Origin: a virus
Taxonomy: Duplodnaviria > Caudoviricetes
Strand: one strand, 5' to 3'
IMG/VR virus record: IMGVR_UViG_3300037510_000677
Location: 1 to 58,631 of that record
Length of the DNA stretch: 58,631 nt
Positions 54,848-58,631 of this stretch are shown piece after piece. The position numbers and the translations under genes are program-made. Position 1 is the stretch's first letter, and every line of letters starts with the position of its first letter. A model generated the notes under the pieces. The model saw only the letters and a program-made list of their open reading frames with translations. It was not told the DNA's origin and made no database searches.

Positions 54848-55202
54848 GCCAGCTTTAAAAGAATCTCAATTCCAAGCAAATGTTTTTACATGGCTAACCT
54901 TACAATACCCTCACGTTAGGAAATTAACGTTTGCGGTTCCTAATGACAGCAGGAGAGACAAAAAGCATGGTGCTCGCTTAAAAAGAAGCGGGATGACAGC
55001 AGGAGTCTCCGACATCATCTGTCTTTGGCCTAATAAAAAATACCATGGATTAGTCGCCGAATTAAAAATTGGCAAAAATAAGCTAACAGATTTACAAAGC
55101 GAATTTCTTGAAAACGCTAAACAAGCAGGCTACAGCACGAATGTGTGGTATAGTCTTGATGAGGCCATGGAAGGTTTTAAAAAATATTTAAACCCTTCCT
55201 AA
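54726..55202 (+). CDS. VRR-NUC domain nuclease
   Basis: ESQFQ...FAVPN...LKRSGMTAGVSD...ELK..KNKLT..Q..F; start uncertain. Confidence 0.85.
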   Translation: MKTQEDIQHYLPLNQTKPQTPLKFLNLLKEEGVAPVKIRRKPALKESQFQANVFTWLTLQYPHVRKLTFAVPNDSRRDKKHGARLKRSGMTAGVSDIICLWPNKKYHGLVAELKIGKNKLTDLQSEFLENAKQAGYSTNVWYSLDEAMEGFKKYLNPS

Positions 55203-55209
55203 GCAGGGG

Positions 55210-55545
55210 TTAGTGTCTAATGTCTCCCTCTCTTGGCGAAATAGACTCTAAAAAATAATGATTCATTATCAACGAAGTTCTTCGATTTAACTCTAAATGC
55301 GATTTTAATTCCGACAGGTCTTTTCCAGACATGTCGTCATTAATTACCTTTTCTATCGCCGCCACATGCTTTTGCATCACTTCCGCTATAATTGCTATCT
55401 GATAAGACTTAAGTTTTAAATCAATTGACGGCAAAATAGCTTCATTTTTTAAAATCTCACAAAGTCTAATCGAAAGTGCTATTGCCTTGTCCTTTTCAGA
55501 CTCTTTGGTGTCTACTTTTTCTGGTTCTTTGTTTTCAATGTCCAT
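55210..55545 (-). CDS. Hypothetical protein
   Basis: AGGA RBS, 111 aa. Confidence 0.6.
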   Translation of the reverse strand: MDIENKEPEKVDTKESEKDKAIALSIRLCEILKNEAILPSIDLKLKSYQIAIIAEVMQKHVAAIEKVINDDMSGKDLSELKSHLELNRRTSLIMNHYFLESISPREGDIRH

Positions 55546-55560
55546 TGTTCGTCCTATCCT

Positions 55561-56022
55561 CTAAAAAGGAATATCATCAAAATTTTCTGTTGCTGGCGCG
55601 TTTAAGGGAACAGAAGGTTTATCTTTTACAACATCCCCCTCCACCACTAGCTTATAAAAAGCCAAAGGCACATAGCATCTGATTTTGTTTTGCACCCCGT
55701 ACTTTTCATCATGCTTTGTGTCGATAAGGCAGCCTGCGCATTTGTTTTTTATAATCTCTTGATTAAAGCCCCTTTCCCTTCCTGTCCAGATACCTTTAAC
55801 ATAAAAAGAGTTTTCAAAGTTTCTTAACCTGTCCAAATAGCCTGCATTAATAAAATCATCAATGTAAGACGTTTGCCCTTCTGAATCAACAACAAATAAG
55901 CTAACCAACAACAATGCATTGCCGTTCTTATCGACCATGAGAGAGCCGTCTTTCTTATGGACAGCCGTCTTTCTAATTTCGCAATAACCAAACCCATTGC
56001 TTAAGGTAACTCTTTCTTTCAT
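55561..56022 (-). CDS. ssDNA-binding protein (DUF669-like)
   Basis: Beta-rich, ends with SSB-type DDIPF tail. Confidence 0.7.
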   Translation of the reverse strand: MKERVTLSNGFGYCEIRKTAVHKKDGSLMVDKNGNALLLVSLFVVDSEGQTSYIDDFINAGYLDRLRNFENSFYVKGIWTGRERGFNQEIIKNKCAGCLIDTKHDEKYGVQNKIRCYVPLAFYKLVVEGDVVKDKPSVPLNAPATENFDDIPF

Positions 56023-56099
56023 GTTTACAATTTTCCTTATGTCTACTATAGTTCTGGTTCAGGAATTCTCCATTCCGTAAGGCTTCGAAATTCGAAGCC

Positions 56100-56345
56100 T
56101 TATTTTTTAGCCTTAGCCTTAGCCTTGCTTTGCGGCTTTTGGGTAACATTACCACAATCATCTTCTTCTGGCTTATAATCTCTGACAATGCCTTCAATTA
56201 AATACATTCTAGCTAAAGAAGTAACCGTTCGGCCATTTTTCTTAGCTAAATAATCCAGTAATTCCCGGTGAAAAGGCGTTATACACACAAAAACATGACT
56301 TGATAGCATCTCGTCTTTTTTCTTTTTCTTGGCCCCCACCTTCAT
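56100..56345 (-). CDS. Ribbon-helix-helix type regulator
   Basis: VFVCIT.....LL..LAK..GRTVTSLAR.YL..G; divergent from the ERF operon. Confidence 0.65.
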   Translation of the reverse strand: MKVGAKKKKKDEMLSSHVFVCITPFHRELLDYLAKKNGRTVTSLARMYLIEGIVRDYKPEEDDCGNVTQKPQSKAKAKAKK

Positions 56346-56435
56346 AAACTCCCCTTCTTTGTTAATTGATCCAAAATAATATTTGTTTTTTACAATAATT
56401 ATTTGTTATTATAATGTCAAGAGGAGGGATAGTAA

Positions 56436-56597
56436 ATGTTTAACATATTGGAAGTTAGAGAATTATATGATATCGATGATGAAGTTGCGGCGTTGGTCAG
56501 AGAAGAAGAGCTCATCCAGGAGTTGTTGATGCAGGAGATGGCTAAAGCCAACGACGAGAGTATTGATTTATTTTTTGAAGATGCGAGGGGATTGTAA
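56436..56597 (+). CDS. 53-aa acidic protein (not in ORF track)
   Basis: GAGGAGGG RBS; 16 D/E versus 4 K/R. Confidence 0.65.
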   Translation: MFNILEVRELYDIDDEVAALVREEELIQELLMQEMAKANDESIDLFFEDARGL

Positions 56598-56598
56598 G

Positions 56599-57237
56599 AT
56601 GATGGAGTATCAAAATAAGTCTGCGAGTATTCAGGAGCTGGCTAAAGCGCTGTGTGAATTTCAAAAAAACATTAGAGATGTGCAAAAAGACGCGCATGCC
56701 CATAAACATGATTATGCGACACTGGGGGCGATTTTAGCGTTGGCGCGTCCGTTGTGGACGGAGCATGGGTTTTCGGTATTACAATTGGGGGTAGATCATG
56801 CTACTGAAGAGAGTATTATTGTGTTGGAAACGATGTTGTTGCATGTGTCTGGGCAATGGATTTCTTCAAGGTTTCGGTTTAAGGTGCCTCCTTTAAAGAA
56901 TTATGCCCAAGACGCAGGGCTTATTATTAGTTACATGAGGCGGTATTCTTTGGCGGCGCTCCTTGGGATTACACAGGTAGACAATGATGCTGAGATAGAA
57001 ACAAAGGGGAGCAGTGATAAAAAGAAAAGAGAAATGGTTGATATTGAGACCGGAGAGGTTTATAAAATGCTTGTCTCTCCTGAAACGGTTAGCCAATTAA
57101 GAATAGAAATGCAAAAGAAAGGGGATGAGATACAAGGTAAAATGTATGAATGGTTAGGAAAGCAGGGTAAAGATCGGTTAGAAGAGCTAACTGAATCCCA
57201 AGCAAAAGAATGTTTAGTAAGGTTGAGAAGTGTATGA
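56599..57237 (+). CDS. erf: ERF-family ssDNA-annealing recombinase
   Basis: ELAKAL..FQ, YATL, LET.LLHVSGQWISS, Q..G..ISYMRRYSL.A.LGI...DND. Confidence 0.9.
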   Translation: MMEYQNKSASIQELAKALCEFQKNIRDVQKDAHAHKHDYATLGAILALARPLWTEHGFSVLQLGVDHATEESIIVLETMLLHVSGQWISSRFRFKVPPLKNYAQDAGLIISYMRRYSLAALLGITQVDNDAEIETKGSSDKKKREMVDIETGEVYKMLVSPETVSQLRIEMQKKGDEIQGKMYEWLGKQGKDRLEELTESQAKECLVRLRSV

Positions 57238-57506
57238 TGAAGATTTTAACGCTTAAGAAAAATGAATATATTAGAATTGATGCCATATTTCCGGAGCCCA
57301 ATAAGTTTTCTTTTATTGAAGATGAGGATTTGTTTCCTATTTTCGCAGGATATTTGAAAGTTGAAAATGAGTGGCTTTCAGCTTGTATTACAAGAGATTA
57401 TGGCAAAGCGTTTGAGATGCTTTATGATCAGAATTTAAGACATAAGGTTTATAAAAAGAATGGTGTTTATGTAAAAGTTAATGAGTTGGTGAAAATGGTT
57501 GAATAA
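57234..57506 (+). CDS. Hypothetical protein
   Basis: ATGA-coupled to erf. Confidence 0.6.
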   Translation: MMKILTLKKNEYIRIDAIFPEPNKFSFIEDEDLFPIFAGYLKVENEWLSACITRDYGKAFEMLYDQNLRHKVYKKNGVYVKVNELVKMVE

Positions 57507-57747
57507 TGGAGATAATTTTAAGGAGGAGCTGATGAGTAATACGTATGTTAAAATTCAATTAAAAAAAGATGCTAAGGTAATGGATTGCATTAAGTTACTA
57601 GAGCATATTGCTGGAACTGGCTTGATAAGCGGGGAGCCGTCTATCCTTTTAGATAAAGGCGGACTGCTGTCAGACAATAATAATTTTGTTAGAGCTTTTT
57701 TTGCAAAGCAATTAAGTGGTTCGTTAATTCAAGGGGGTATGTCGTGA
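57499..57747 (+). CDS. Hypothetical protein
   Basis: In operon; start may be the internal ATG after AGGAGG. Confidence 0.55.
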   Translation: MNNGDNFKEELMSNTYVKIQLKKDAKVMDCIKLLEHIAGTGLISGEPSILLDKGGLLSDNNNFVRAFFAKQLSGSLIQGGMS

Positions 57748-58631
57748 GCGCAGTTGTAGAAAATAAAATGACTGAAAAGTTTGATGTTGTAAAATTCGTT
57801 AGGGAAAACTGGGGGCCAGAGTCGAATGAAAAATTTAGGTTGGCTGATGTTTTGACGGTAAACAATATCCAAATCGAATTAGACTTATTAATACGGTCTC
57901 TCTTTACAGGGGATTTGGATTTTGTTGTGGATAGTAATAAGTTAACCGTTGAAGAGGTGTTAAAGGTTCCTAATGCAGAATTAAGAACTCATTTAATTAG
58001 AAATTGGAAAGCAGCTTTCCCAGAAAGCGGCAGCACTGGGTTTCCGCGCTTTATTGCTGATGGCGGCGGTGAATTATACATGTCGCCTCAAGGAGAAGAT
58101 GATTACCAAGATGGGGAAATTTATAAATTAGAGGTAGAGGCAAACGGTCAAAAACGTGTTGGATTTGCCTTAAAGTTAAACAATCAAACGATAGAGCCGG
58201 GAGCGGAAAATTTAAGCGCTGCTGAAAGGCTTGAGAGAGGATTAACTGAAAATGGCGTAAAGATTTATGTTTTATGCCTTTTAGACATGCAGGTAAATGG
58301 CGAGAGCGTTCCTTGCGGGGAATATTTTGTACCAAAAGGCGCTGTCAAAAATGACGTGGAAATGAGCTTTGAGGAGATGACGGGTTTATTAATCCCCAGT
58401 GTTCGCACCATTTTAGAGGCGGCCAGATTTAAACGCGGAGAAGCGGCAATCGTTGAAAAAGGCGCTGTTACATGGATGAAAAAAGAAGAAGCGCAAAATC
58501 AAGATAAAGGTACTGTTTATTACGATTGGGAAAAGTATTGCGATGACCAATATGACAAAGTCAGGATTCCTTTTAAAAACATCATGGATGCAGTTGGTTG
58601 GACATGGCAGCTAAATCCTGGGGACTACAGG
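57744..58631 (+). CDS. DUF6745-like protein (301 aa) spanning the circular junction; stop at 149-151
   Basis: Open frame from GTG 57744 to the window end; VLKVPNAELR and DAVGWTWQL...YRPDVES motifs. Confidence 0.75.
   Translation, partial: MSAVVENKMTEKFDVVKFVRENWGPESNEKFRLADVLTVNNIQIELDLLIRSLFTGDLDFVVDSNKLTVEEVLKVPNAELRTHLIRNWKAAFPESGSTGFPRFIADGGGELYMSPQGEDDYQDGEIYKLEVEANGQKRVGFALKLNNQTIEPGAENLSAAERLERGLTENGVKIYVLCLLDMQVNGESVPCGEYFVPKGAVKNDVEMSFEEMTGLLIPSVRTILEAARFKRGEAAIVEKGAVTWMKKEEAQNQDKGTVYYDWEKYCDDQYDKVRIPFKNIMDAVGWTWQLNPGDYR
58499..58631 (+). repeat. Terminal direct repeat, right copy
   Basis: Matches 1-133 with one mismatch (58625). Confidence 0.97.

Larger units (their letters stand above)
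1..58631. mobile_element. Complete circularly permuted tailed bacteriophage genome (podovirus-like)
   Basis: Terminal direct repeat, terminase/portal/capsid/tail/ejection genes, no tape measure or sheath gene, no host housekeeping genes. Confidence 0.93.

Noticed and set aside
54626-54850. Programmed frameshift joining the AT-hook protein to VRR-NUC
   Set aside because: No convincing slippery heptamer; an in-frame ATG at 54726 can explain VRR-NUC expression
1-58631. Stop-codon reassignment suggested by the many short ORFs
   Set aside because: Core genes are intact in code 11, short ORFs overlap in different frames with all three stop codons used, and there is no suppressor tRNA

Overview
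The window is an apparently complete, circularly permuted tailed-phage genome (~58.5 kb, genetic code 11). Bases 1-133 recur at 58499-58631 with one mismatch, and one gene reads through that junction. The minus-strand virion module is podovirus-like: TerS, TerL, portal, GroES-like chaperone, scaffold, Mu-gpT-like major capsid, tail adaptor/nozzle, four fibre genes and ejection proteins. The early region has an HTH initiator-like gene, an origin with 40-bp repeats and DnaA boxes, ERF, a DUF669-like SSB, VRR-NUC, an AdoMet decarboxylase homologue and tRNA-Glu. I could not recognise a DNA polymerase, helicase, integrase or endolysin. Several genes hint, by inference only, at an intracellular or protist-associated host. 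Highlights: (1) about 25 short, translationally coupled, divergent ORFs share a C-terminal K-x-x-K-D-F-I-M type helix, and at least two carry peptides matching the phage's own capsid and portal (one is an exact 29-nt in-frame copy of the portal gene); (2) an LRR gene is coupled to a polymorphic-toxin-type deaminase; (3) a tandem, covarying three-hairpin RNA motif with complementary loops lies in the leader of the capsid genes; (4) two aberrant tRNA-like elements sit in tandem; (5) three paralogues end in [RK]R[LM]SA. All family assignments come from motif recognition by eye; no database searches were run.
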